Positions 1 to 10,167 of a DNA stretch of 64,000 nt are shown here, in pieces. The stretch lies in IMG/VR virus record IMGVR_UViG_3300001687_000947; one strand, given 5' to 3'. The DNA comes from a virus. Lineage: Duplodnaviria > Heunggongvirae > Uroviricota > Caudoviricetes. The position numbers were made by a program, and so were the translations under genes. The notes under the pieces are model-generated. The model saw only the letters and a program-made list of their open reading frames with translations, did not search any database and had not been told where the DNA came from. The first letter of the stretch is position 1. Every line of letters begins with the position of its first letter.

Positions 1-11
1 CTGTTGTTATA

Positions 12-848
12 GTGCTTGTTCTAGTTGGTTATACGGTGTTAGGTGGAATTAAATCTGTTCCATCTGGCTATAAAGGCGTAAAGTTACAGTTTGGACAAAT
101 AGTTGGTGAAGCTGATGAGGGATTACACTTTGTTGTTGTGTGGTTTGGTCAAGATATAGTTCCAATGTCTATACAAACATTGAAAGTGTCAATAGCTGAT
201 ACATCTTGTGGAACAGTTGATATGCAAGAGGCTAGGATTGATGTAACTGTAAACTATCATATTGATGCAGGATTTGTCAAGGAAATATTCAGAAGTTTAA
301 GGTTAGATTGGGAAAACAGAGTTATTGTTAATAACGTTCAACAGGCATTGAAGGCAACTACAGCTAAGTTCAGAGCAGAAGAACTGTTAAGCAAAAGGGA
401 AGAAGTAAGACTTAACTTCTATAATGCTTTACAGTCAAAGATGAATCAGTACCACATAACTATTGAGGAAGTACAATTAGAGGATATTCAGTTCAGTGAA
501 GCTTTCACTAGAGCCATTGAAGAAGCGGCAACAGCTGAGCAAAATGCTATAAGGGAAAGAAATCAGTTGGAAGTTATAAGATATCAGCAAGAGCAAGCTA
601 TTATCAAGAAGGAAGCTGAAGCTAAGATGATGCGTATTGAAGCTGAGGCTTATGCAAATGCTACAGTTACAAGAGCAATGGCTGATTCTGAAGCAATTAG
701 AGTTGTTGCAGAGCAAATAGCTAACAATCCAGACTATTTGACAAAGATTAGTATTGAGCAATGGGATGGTAAGTTACCATACTACTATGGCGGTGGAGCA
801 GCAATACCATTTATCAATATAGGCAATGGAACAATACCTGTAGGTTAA
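12..848 (+). CDS. SPFH/Band-7 (prohibitin/HflC-like) domain protein, N-terminus probably beyond window edge
   Basis: The Ala/Glu-rich coiled-coil tail (EAFTRAIEEAATAEQNAIRERNQ...RIEAEAYANATVTRAMADSEAIRVVAEQIANNP) is typical of the SPFH C-terminal region. The ORF is open to the left edge. Confidence 0.7.
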   Translation: MLVLVGYTVLGGIKSVPSGYKGVKLQFGQIVGEADEGLHFVVVWFGQDIVPMSIQTLKVSIADTSCGTVDMQEARIDVTVNYHIDAGFVKEIFRSLRLDWENRVIVNNVQQALKATTAKFRAEELLSKREEVRLNFYNALQSKMNQYHITIEEVQLEDIQFSEAFTRAIEEAATAEQNAIRERNQLEVIRYQQEQAIIKKEAEAKMMRIEAEAYANATVTRAMADSEAIRVVAEQIANNPDYLTKISIEQWDGKLPYYYGGGAAIPFINIGNGTIPVG

Positions 849-1434
849 ACATAAGTATATTATAGTTCAAATCCCACACCTTTTTTATGTACAAGTTTAT
901 TATTTATGTGTATTATTTCTTAATTGTGCCAATAACAAACGGGGAAAGTAATATGAGTGATATCTATTTTAAATTTGAAAAGCCTAAAAAATTCCATGTT
1001 AAATATGCAAATGGAAACCATGATATTATAGAAGTTTTAGCATTAGCGGGGATGAAATAATGATGGCTCCTGAAAAGTCTGAACAAGAATATGGAGGTCT
1101 ATCCTACGGATTAATTTCCTTGACCAATTCTTACCCCTGTTTTGCTGTGGGGATAAGACTCAGGATAAGCCATCAAGATATTTCTATTAATTAGAGGTTA
1201 ATGAATTATGGATATTTGTTATAGTTGCTCAACAATTTATATGAGAGATAATGAAGAATATAATTTGGTTAATAGCAAGAAATGTAGAATATGTAAATTA
1301 GCCAAAGGGTTACTTGAGAAATTTAATGGTAAATTGTCTGTTGAAGAATATAATGCTATGATTAAATCCTATGTAGATAATATAATGGGAAGAATTGAGC
1401 ATAATTTCTAAAGAAAATAAATGGTAGTATAGTT

Positions 1435-2106
1435 ATGAAAAGAGTTATTGGTAGAACTGAAAGTCAGTTACTTGATATCTTAACTATGAAGGGAGATAAA
1501 GTAACAACAAAAGAATTAATTTATTCTGTTAATAAAGATAGAGAAGTAAAAGTTACTAAAGGTTCTATTAATAGAGCATTAAATAGTTTAGCACATAAAG
1601 GATTAGTTAATAAATTTATTCAAATATTAACTTATAAAGCAAATGATATTCATATATGTGAACGTGAACGTAATGATTTAGATAAAGTTGTTGAATTAAC
1701 TGATGGTACAAAGAGAGTAGTTTGTAAACAATGTTACAAGTTTAATAAAAATAGGGATAGAGTAAAGAATGTTTTAGTTTTTGGTTCACATGAAATGAAG
1801 ATAGTTAGGGTATTATATAATAATATAAATATATCCTTTGATGCTAAAGATTTACTTTATACTATTTACGGTCATGATGATACAAGAACTACAGATTATG
1901 GAATGTTACGTAGATCACTTAATTCACTACTAAAAAAGCAAATTATAAAAATATCTAATTCTTGCAAGTATAATAGATGGCGTAGAACTAGTTTATGTTT
2001 ATGCCACTATGATTTCCAGAGGAAGATTGTACCTATTATTATTGATGATAAAAAATTGTTACTATGTGAAAAATGTGGATTGATTATTTTACCTGATCAT
2101 AGGTAA
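1435..2106 (+). CDS. Two tandem winged-helix-like DNA-binding domains plus C-terminal CxxC zinc ribbon; putative transcription regulator
   Basis: Two repeats of a helix-turn-helix/wing pattern are present (SQLLDILTMKGDKVTTKELIYSV...INRALNSLAHKGLV and MKIVRVLYNN...DLLYTIY...LRRSLNSLLKKQII). The C-terminus has a CEKCG motif. Confidence 0.4.
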   Translation: MKRVIGRTESQLLDILTMKGDKVTTKELIYSVNKDREVKVTKGSINRALNSLAHKGLVNKFIQILTYKANDIHICERERNDLDKVVELTDGTKRVVCKQCYKFNKNRDRVKNVLVFGSHEMKIVRVLYNNINISFDAKDLLYTIYGHDDTRTTDYGMLRRSLNSLLKKQIIKISNSCKYNRWRRTSLCLCHYDFQRKIVPIIIDDKKLLLCEKCGLIILPDHR

Positions 2107-2149
2107 GTTAATAAAGTATAATAATGCTAAGTAATAGCAGGGAGGCATT

Positions 2150-2614
2150 ATGGTAAAAAAGAAAATTGTGAATAATGCTCTAATTGCAATCTTATCCGTT
2201 TGTATATTAGTTACTTGTGCTTATGCTATACTTTCAGTAGTTTTAGATAAGCCATTTCAAGGTAATGTATGGACAATTGGTGTAGAAGTATATGCAGAAC
2301 CAGAGTGTATTAACATTGTTAATAATGTAGACTTTGGTGGCATTTATCCTGATGATTCTAATTCATTTACTTATTATGTGAAGAACACTAGAAATACAGA
2401 TGTAACATTAACGGTTGTGTATACAGATATACTTCCAGTAGAAGTACTTACAGTACTTGACTTTTCAGCAACATATGATACAGGTGTTCTAGCGGCAGGT
2501 GAAGTTACACCATTACAATTAACAGTTACACATAATGGTGGAGATGATACAGGATTAAATGATTATAGTGGTATAGTGCGTGTAACTGCAACAGAGTATA
2601 TTATTGTTCCATAA
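2150..2614 (+). CDS. Membrane-anchored/secreted Thr/Val-rich protein (N-terminal hydrophobic segment)
   Basis: The N-terminal MVKKKIVNNALIAILSVCILVTCAYAILSVVL is a single hydrophobic helix after a basic stretch. A GGAGG ribosome-binding site lies 8 nt upstream. Confidence 0.35.
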   Translation: MVKKKIVNNALIAILSVCILVTCAYAILSVVLDKPFQGNVWTIGVEVYAEPECINIVNNVDFGGIYPDDSNSFTYYVKNTRNTDVTLTVVYTDILPVEVLTVLDFSATYDTGVLAAGEVTPLQLTVTHNGGDDTGLNDYSGIVRVTATEYIIVP

Positions 2615-4231
2615 ATAATAGTTAATATTTTATAGGTATGTTAGATTATGATAATCTGTAACTGTAAAGAATGTCTCTTCAAGAGTTTAGATGGAGATAA
2701 AACTTGTGAGAATGAGATAATTATTAAAGATCATATTGTTAATTGTTTTAATGATTTGAGTGAACATAAAGTAAGTATATCTCATGTTGCACTTGCACAT
2801 TATGATAAGTGTCCAAATCTAATAGAGGTTAAAGTCACTAAAACTATACAGATAAAGCTTCCTGATAGGATGGAAGGAGAAAACTTAGAGGGTTTACGTA
2901 AACTATTTGAATTGAATAATAAATCTAATGTTTCTACTTCTGCAAATAGAGAAATGGCAATATATACCAATGAACATTCTAGAGATATTGCTTTTTGGGT
3001 CAGATATGTTAGATATTTAAATAAGACTACCCCTAATACATGGGAAGTATCATATGAGAATGATAAACTTGGAGCAAGGAAGATTAGGTGATGGTTTGGT
3101 TACTTAAATTTCTTTTAGGCAATAGAAAATTTGATTGTAAAAGTGATTTACCCGTAAGTGAAACTCATTGGGGTAAAGCAAGTAGAAGGTGTCCAGTAAC
3201 GGGTATTCCCATATTACTTGTTGAAAATAAAGATGGAAATTGGATATGTGGAGAACGTAATTGTATTAATAGTGAATCACCCAAGTGTTATACTAATACT
3301 GTTAAGAAAGAAAAGGAATATATAGGAAGACTATGTGCTTGGGATTTTATGGGTAATTTATATCCAGAAATGTTTGAGTAAATATTTGATGGGAAAAAGT
3401 AGGGAGCATTTATATATACGTGGTAACACAATATTTATATAGGCTTTTGAGGGGGTCAATGGACAAATGTCCAATTTTTATAAACCAAAAGGATTAACTC
3501 AAGAATTTAATAATTATGATAAGTGTATAATAATTAAATGTGGATTCAGGAAAGTAACTGATTATAAATATGCTTCACCTAGATACAATTTATATTCATA
3601 TTATACCATTGAGAAATGTAAGGAAATTAATACAGGCTTAGGTGGAATTTATGCTGATAAAGTATTTTATATACTTAGCTTAATTTATTTGCCATCTGGC
3701 AAGATAAGAAAAAAATATGATATATTCCTTTGTCCTGAAATAGAAGAATATGGAATGCTTGATTTTGAATTATATATTGATAAAATTACTGAAGTTAGTG
3801 TTAAAGAAACTATGAAAAAATTATATGATTCATTAATTAATACTATTAAAGATATGTTTTATGAAGTGGTAAGTTGGTAAGTTATAATGGAAGTGAACAA
3901 CAATCAGAAAGATAGGATTTAAGATAGAAGAAGGAACAATTGGATTTAGAGTACACCTTGACAATAAATCCTTAATTAATCATGTTTCAACAATGATTAG
4001 TAATATTTTACCATATATTAAAGTTGGTAATATAAGAATAGTAATAAATCCTGAACATGGAACATATATACTTATACCATTATTTCACATAGCAGATTGG
4101 AAAGATCATATTGCTCAGTATATTCATGTTGATTCAAAGGACAATTTATTCTTTTTATGTGATGATGATTATGTTAACTTAAAAATTAATCCTGATAAAG
4201 AAGCTGGATCAGCAATATATACAACTTAAGG

Positions 4232-4807
4232 TTGATTATGTTGAGTAAAACTCATTGTTTAATATGTTCAGAGGAAATTCATCCAGTAGAAAGATTTAGA
4301 CACGCCTTTATGAAGCATGGTTTAACAACTGAAGAAGTTGTGGAAAATTGTGTGTTTGGAACAGATATTGGTCAACTTAAGATTCCAAGTAGTTGGGTTG
4401 GATGCCCAATATGTGAAGGTGGTATAACTCAAGATGATGATGTTATTTCATTTACAATGAGTGATTCAGGAATATTAAAATTTATAGTTAGATGCCCAGA
4501 ATGTTTAGGTATATATTTTTATCTTGATAGAGGTATGAGTGAAGTGTATGATATGAACTTAAGTGAAGATGGTGAAAATATTAGTGAATATTTCATTAAT
4601 TTAGAAAAATCTGAATCCAATAAAAATGAGGAAACTTGTAGACATTGTGACAAGTTAAGTTATAATAACAAGGAAGTATGTTATTATTGCAGTTGGTATT
4701 TACCTCAAAAAGTTAAAATAGATCCAATAGCTTTAGATAAAAAGGGGGAGTGTGAAGGATATGGAGAAAGAACAGCTGATATGCCCAAATTGCCACCAGC
4801 CAATTAA
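4232..4807 (+). CDS. Multi-zinc-ribbon protein
   Basis: Several CxxC pairs are present (CLIC, CPIC, CPEC, CRHC, CYYC). Confidence 0.4.
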   Translation: MIMLSKTHCLICSEEIHPVERFRHAFMKHGLTTEEVVENCVFGTDIGQLKIPSSWVGCPICEGGITQDDDVISFTMSDSGILKFIVRCPECLGIYFYLDRGMSEVYDMNLSEDGENISEYFINLEKSESNKNEETCRHCDKLSYNNKEVCYYCSWYLPQKVKIDPIALDKKGECEGYGERTADMPKLPPAN

Positions 4808-5362
4808 AGAAATAGAAGATCATTTTTCAGGCTGTGATAGGTATAAGCTCAAGGACAATTTATTTGTTAAGAATCCCAAAGATACTATTGAAACATATAA
4901 TATTGTCCATACACCTTGTGGTAAAGCTTTACCGCCTGATGTGGCAAACAAGGTAATGTATATGATGGTGAATAATGGAGTTTAGATAGCTTTTGTTATT
5001 ACGGATAAAATATGAGTGTAATGATTGCTTTAGCCATTATGTTTCATTACACTTTATACATTCAGATATTGTTAAGAATAAAATATCTGAGATTGAGCGC
5101 AAATGTCCATATTGTGATGGTAAAATGAATAAAACTATTACAGAATTTAAGGACATTAAACACAGGATAAGTGACGGTAATTATGTTTTCTGTGATATTC
5201 CAATAATTACTATTGAAGAGAACTCTATGGCTATTAATATTAGGAATTTGCTTGATGCTGGTTATGGTGGAATTTTACAGATTAGGTGGAAAACTAGAAC
5301 AAGTAAATATTTGATTGATCCAATTCAACATAGAATAAAGAAAATATCTTAATGATAACTTT

Positions 5363-6229
5363 TTGCTTGGTGATAATTTGCTATATATTCTTGGATTTAA
5401 GAGTAGTCAATATGAAAAGACTACTCCAATTAAATTATCTGAAGATTTTAATCTCAAGTTTGTTAATGGATTAAAAGATATTGAATTAACAAACAAGGAT
5501 GTTCTTATACGTTATGGAGTAACATATTTTCCTAAGAAAGATTATGATTGTAGAATTGTTATTAATAGTGCAAGGGCAGTTAGTGATACAATAGATAAAG
5601 TATTGAGTACAAAATTATTATTGCGTAGTAATATTCCTATGCCAAAGGTATTCTTTGATAGCAACAAGATTAGATACAAAGATTTGCCTGTGTTTAGAAG
5701 ATTGAAGAATCATTCTAAAGGAAAAGATATTATTATTGTGAGAAAACTTAAAGATATGCCTAAAGGAGATTTCTTTACTAAGTATATTCCAAGTAAACGT
5801 GAATATAGAATATTAGTGTTTAGAGGTCAAGCTTTAAGAATACAACTTAAACATAAGAAAAAAGAAAGTGTTAGAGATAAAGTTAAGAATTCTGAACATG
5901 GATACCGTTTCTTGAATGTGTTTGAACATAATGTTCCTATGGAGAAAAGACTTATACAAATAGCCATTAGGTCTGTTCAAGTGTTAAATTTGGATTTTGG
6001 TGCTGTAGATATTTTAGTTGGAAGAAATGGTAGACCTTATGTACTAGAAGTTAATTCTGCTCCAAGACTTAATAGAAGTGGTAGAGAACTGCTTATGCTT
6101 CATATACTTGAGACAGTTGGAGCAAAGTTTGATATGTTATCTTTTCATAGGATAAAAATGAATAATAGGTTACTTGACTTACCATTAAGGTTCATAACTT
6201 ATAATTCTAGTAAGAAAAGGAAAGATTAA
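5363..6229 (+). CDS. ATP-grasp ligase, RimK/LysX family
   Basis: The RRLKNHSKGKDIIIV glycine-rich loop and the C-terminal FGAVDILVGRNGRPYVLEVNSAPRL motif (E-x-N Mg/ATP site) are characteristic of RimK-like ATP-grasp enzymes. The start is probably TTG. Confidence 0.7.
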   Translation: MLGDNLLYILGFKSSQYEKTTPIKLSEDFNLKFVNGLKDIELTNKDVLIRYGVTYFPKKDYDCRIVINSARAVSDTIDKVLSTKLLLRSNIPMPKVFFDSNKIRYKDLPVFRRLKNHSKGKDIIIVRKLKDMPKGDFFTKYIPSKREYRILVFRGQALRIQLKHKKKESVRDKVKNSEHGYRFLNVFEHNVPMEKRLIQIAIRSVQVLNLDFGAVDILVGRNGRPYVLEVNSAPRLNRSGRELLMLHILETVGAKFDMLSFHRIKMNNRLLDLPLRFITYNSSKKRKD

Positions 6230-6449
6230 GCTTGGTTGTTGATTTTAGAGATAGGAAAAAAGCAGAGTGGCATCCTCTTATAATCTATGCTGATTTAATT
6301 GATGTTCAACAGGATTTTGAAGGTAATTGTCATATTATATTACGTAAACACAGGATTGAATCTATGAAGGTATCTATAGATAAGCTTAAGGAAGTTCTAG
6401 GCAAGTCATTGAAGTTTATGATAGCTGATTATCATGGAGATAAAGTATA

Positions 6450-7805
6450 ATGAAGTTTGATATTAATAAGCAAGGTATAGAAATAGAGTTTCAAATGCTT
6501 GATGGTAAAAATTACATTGGTGTTAACAAGAACTATAGAATGGGAGACTTAGCAAGAATTGATGGTGGATATCATATAGATGATGATAAGATTGAACTAT
6601 CAACTAAACCATATACACATCTAGGTGGTTTAGAAAACGCATTATGTGATAGTGTAGCTGGAGCAATAGAACATTTGGAAGAAAATACAGATGTTTTACC
6701 TTATACTATTGGTTGTCAACCATTTGAGAAAGACTTTGCTAGTGCACATATTCATACTAGTACAAAGAACATGGATAGGGAAACTTGGATAACTTTAAGA
6801 CAAAAGTTATGGAGTGCTCAACCATTAATTGATTTAATATCACAAAATTCACCTATACTTTATAACTTGAGAGCGGCTGATGTTAGAATGTTATTGTGTC
6901 AATGGGCACATGTTCCACCATTTGATTCAGAGGAAACATCACATTATATGTCAATAGCTTGGGGAGAAAATGGCAATACTATAGAGGTTAGAATACCAAG
7001 TAGTGGTCCTTTATCTCAACCTTTAGCAGTAGCTACTTTAATTAGGGTTATATTACAAGATGATTATGAACCAATACCATTAATATCAACTAAAGAAAAT
7101 TGGAAGAATGTTATTAATTATGGTTCATCCTCATTATGTAGGATAGGAATACCTTACAAGGTAAGCTATGAAGGATTAAAATATAATTCAATGTTGGTTA
7201 AATCAACTGATTTATTTAAGATATTTTATCAGGAAAACTATGATTTATTTAAGGAAGAATTAGATTATTTTTCTGCTAGTACATCTGGACAAGTAAGTAA
7301 ATTATTTGAATTGATTGCGGCAGGATATACTCTATCTGATGTGGTTTATGCTATATATCAGGAGAATATTAAAGAACCAAATAAAGTTAATAAGATTCTT
7401 TATGATATATTCTCAAGGACATATATGCGTAAAGATATGTTTTTGAAGTTTCCTGAAGTAAAATCATTTATGCCCATTATTAATGAATACTATTCTATGG
7501 ATGATTTGAGAGAAATAGTTGATAAATTCAAGGTATCTCCAATATCTAAGAGATTAGAGTTAATGAACAAAGATTGTCTTAGTGTATTTATGGGTAAGAA
7601 TGGATTCATTAGATCAAGAGAATCAAGAAAAATATTATATGATTTAGTTTCTTTTGGCGCAGTTGATTATAATTATTATAAAGGGGAAAAGATAGTTAGT
7701 TTATTAACTAAGACTAAAGCAATTAAGAAGAATGATAATAAGTTAGTTCCTGATGTTAATTTTAGGGAAGTTATTTCATTAGCTAAACAATCTGGAATGA
7801 TTTAA
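6450..7805 (+). CDS. Carboxylate-amine ligase, glutamate-cysteine ligase family 2 (GCS2/YbdK)-like
   Basis: The N-terminal GIEIEFQMLD resembles the GxExEhQ metal/substrate motif of the GCS2 family. A later SAHIHTS is His-x-His-like. The size (451 aa) fits. Confidence 0.45.
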   Translation: MKFDINKQGIEIEFQMLDGKNYIGVNKNYRMGDLARIDGGYHIDDDKIELSTKPYTHLGGLENALCDSVAGAIEHLEENTDVLPYTIGCQPFEKDFASAHIHTSTKNMDRETWITLRQKLWSAQPLIDLISQNSPILYNLRAADVRMLLCQWAHVPPFDSEETSHYMSIAWGENGNTIEVRIPSSGPLSQPLAVATLIRVILQDDYEPIPLISTKENWKNVINYGSSSLCRIGIPYKVSYEGLKYNSMLVKSTDLFKIFYQENYDLFKEELDYFSASTSGQVSKLFELIAAGYTLSDVVYAIYQENIKEPNKVNKILYDIFSRTYMRKDMFLKFPEVKSFMPIINEYYSMDDLREIVDKFKVSPISKRLELMNKDCLSVFMGKNGFIRSRESRKILYDLVSFGAVDYNYYKGEKIVSLLTKTKAIKKNDNKLVPDVNFREVISLAKQSGMI

Positions 7806-8948
7806 ATGATTACTGAAAGTTCAATTTTAGAGTCTGTAAAAGCTACTGAAAAATGGAATGATACTATTTATTTTAATGGTGATTTATCTGTTATTACGTC
7901 AAGTAATTTATTTTCAGATGTTTTGGCTAAAGAATTAAATTATTTTAAAGTTAAAAGTGATTTCTGTAGTGTTTATACGTTAAAGAACATTTCTATTTCA
8001 CAGGGGTATAATCCAAACTATGTTACGTTTGCATCTAATGATTTAAGATTGTATGATTTATTTGGTAATTTTATGAGGAAAGCAAGGATTCCAGTAATGT
8101 TCAAGGATTTCATAGAGTTTATTCATAAAAGAAATTTAAATTTTAGACTAATAGATATTCTTGGTAATGATAATAATGGTGATAATAAATCTAGTCAAAG
8201 AATAAATATTTATTTGCCTGAGTATAATAACTTTAATGCAATTAAACACGTTCTTAATTCAACTAAATTATTTCTAGAGTATTCATCTAAGTTAGATTCA
8301 GTAGATCCAAAAGTGTCATGTGCAATAAGGGGATGTGCTAATGTGCCAATGTATTATCCCAATATATGTTGTAGTCATATTCATCATTTACCTACTGAAG
8401 TGTTTGATAAGATAATTAATAATCAAGATTTTGAAATAAGTATTAATCAAGGAATAGATATTAGAAGGTTATTCCTTAAGAATATACTTGAAAAGGTTGT
8501 ATCTGGATACAGGATAATAGATGATGATTATTTTCAAGAGAAGTATAATGGATCAGAATGTTTAATATGTGGAGATGTTATAGAGAAAAATAATATATAT
8601 CCACCAGGATTTTGCCCAAATTGTTATTTGTATATTGATAAAGCAAAATTTGAAGCTGATTATAATAATGGAACAGCTAGTATAGAAATAATTAGAAACA
8701 AATTGTGGAAAACTTATTTAGTTTACTCTTTAAAATACATTAGATCACAAGTAAGGAAAAGAAAATCTAATGATAAAACAAATGGTAATAAACGGTCAAA
8801 TAAAGATTTTGTGGGTGTGCCTGTAGGGACCTTTAGGGGATATCATGTGGCTAATGTACATATGGGTGAAATGGATCATTTTCATCTAGCAGATGAAAAT
8901 GGGAATTGGGCAATAAATGAAAATGAAGAAGTAGAAATACTTGAGTGA
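7806..8948 (+). CDS. Cys/His-rich hypothetical protein inside ligase cluster
   Basis: A 380-aa ORF starts 1 nt after the preceding stop. It contains CAIRGCANVP...CCSHIHH and CLICGD...CPNCY zinc-binding-like motifs. Confidence 0.3.
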   Translation: MITESSILESVKATEKWNDTIYFNGDLSVITSSNLFSDVLAKELNYFKVKSDFCSVYTLKNISISQGYNPNYVTFASNDLRLYDLFGNFMRKARIPVMFKDFIEFIHKRNLNFRLIDILGNDNNGDNKSSQRINIYLPEYNNFNAIKHVLNSTKLFLEYSSKLDSVDPKVSCAIRGCANVPMYYPNICCSHIHHLPTEVFDKIINNQDFEISINQGIDIRRLFLKNILEKVVSGYRIIDDDYFQEKYNGSECLICGDVIEKNNIYPPGFCPNCYLYIDKAKFEADYNNGTASIEIIRNKLWKTYLVYSLKYIRSQVRKRKSNDKTNGNKRSNKDFVGVPVGTFRGYHVANVHMGEMDHFHLADENGNWAINENEEVEILE

Positions 8949-10154
8949 ATGATTATGTGTGGAATATCAGCTTGTATATTAGGAGAACAAAATATTGTAA
9001 GTTCCGTTAAGATAGTAAGTGAATTAATGGATAGGGGAAGAGATGCTACAGGTGTTGCTTTTGTTAAGAATGGTAAAGTGTTTGTTACTAAAGAAGCAGT
9101 TCCTCCAGATATTTTTCTTAAGAAGTATGAGGAAACATTAAGTGGTATAACTAGTAATATGGTTATAGCTCATAATAGGGGAGCATCAAGATTAATTGAT
9201 TCAGATAAAACTAAAGATACTGAATGTCATCCATTTCTAAGTGAAGATAAAACATTTGCATTGTTACATAATGGCGGTGTACCAAACTATTGGAATATAA
9301 TGAATTATCTAAAGTTTCTTGGTCATGAATTTTCTACTGGTATAGATTCAGAAGTACAAATGCATATGCTTGAAGATATCCTTAGAGTGTCTAAGAATAG
9401 AGAAGAAGCTATGAGAAGGTTTTATCAAACTTATTGTGGTAATATATTAGTTTTATTTGGTGATAATGAATTATACGGTTATGCTAGTAATGATTCATTT
9501 GTTATAGTTCAATCAGATGGAGCATTATATATAGGTTCAGCAGGTGAAGCTATATTTGATGCTATAGGTGAAAAGGTCTTAGGGGATAAAGTTTATGCTT
9601 TAAGACCAAAAGTAGCAACGTACATTAAAGTTACTGTTAAAGATGGTAAATATACATTAAAGTTGTACAGTAAAGATGCTTGGGTTAAATATCCACTTAA
9701 ATATAAAGATTGGACATTTTGTAAATATACTAAATGTGATTATTGTCATACTGATGAAGTTGCTTGTCAATCTGTTGGAATAAATGATAGATGTATTGAT
9801 TGCTACAAGAAGGGTATTTCAGAACCTAAGAGTTATGTTAATACAGCTGTGTATAATGCTAATGATGATGAGTCTAATATTCCAAGTGTTGGGAGAATAG
9901 TGGTGAAACAGAGCACACCAAAAGCTAAAGTAGGTGGTAAGGGTGAAGTTGCCATCTGTGCATATTGTCATTTACCACATCATATGAAAGCAATTATCCA
10001 ATGCACTAAATGTGGCAAGTATTATTGTATGTGGGATTTAAATAAACATAAATGTCATGTAATACCACAAGTTAATGCTACATTTCTAGGATGGATAGAT
10101 GGATTATTTAGAAAAATGGTAGATTATGCTGTTGTTGAGACTGAAGCAAGTTAA
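8949..10154 (+). CDS. Class II (Ntn-type) glutamine amidotransferase-like domain protein with Cys-rich C-terminal region
   Basis: MIMCGI...HNRGAS...HPF...LHNGG matches the MCGI/HxR/HNG pattern of GATase-2 enzymes. The true start is probably the second ATG at 8955, giving Met-Cys. The C-terminus has CDYCH...CIDCY and CAYCH...CTKCGKYYC motifs. Confidence 0.55.
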   Translation: MIMCGISACILGEQNIVSSVKIVSELMDRGRDATGVAFVKNGKVFVTKEAVPPDIFLKKYEETLSGITSNMVIAHNRGASRLIDSDKTKDTECHPFLSEDKTFALLHNGGVPNYWNIMNYLKFLGHEFSTGIDSEVQMHMLEDILRVSKNREEAMRRFYQTYCGNILVLFGDNELYGYASNDSFVIVQSDGALYIGSAGEAIFDAIGEKVLGDKVYALRPKVATYIKVTVKDGKYTLKLYSKDAWVKYPLKYKDWTFCKYTKCDYCHTDEVACQSVGINDRCIDCYKKGISEPKSYVNTAVYNANDDESNIPSVGRIVVKQSTPKAKVGGKGEVAICAYCHLPHHMKAIIQCTKCGKYYCMWDLNKHKCHVIPQVNATFLGWIDGLFRKMVDYAVVETEAS

Positions 10155-10167
10155 ATGGTGATAATTT

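Noticed and set aside
477-761. Minus-strand ORFs throughout the track (477..761, 10218..10415, 11030..11227, 12432..12641, 12702..12920, 13854..14078, 15109..15521, 16516..16758, 18356..18544, 19834..20154, 21947..22165, 22559..22795, 24925..25125, 25266..25916, 25966..26313, 28110..28367, 28920..29108, 29669..29911, 30407..30619, 32044..32244, 37793..38026, 38266..38475, 40072..40619, 41353..41625, 42012..42227, 43117..43368, 44521..44847, 44980..45186, 45680..46215, 47973..48248, 50025..50258, 53743..53994, 56851..57271, 58807..59013, 60892..61107)
   Set aside because: Every one lies antisense inside a well-supported + strand gene. Translations are low-complexity Leu/Ile/Ser/Phe-rich strings typical of the reverse complement of AT-rich coding DNA. 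None has a ribosome-binding site or recognisable motif.
861-892. tRNA-like GTTCAAATCC T-loop motif
   Set aside because: The flanks (tatag / cccac) cannot form a T-stem, and no acceptor or anticodon stems could be built by eye. More likely it is part of an oligo-T termination signal after the SPFH gene.
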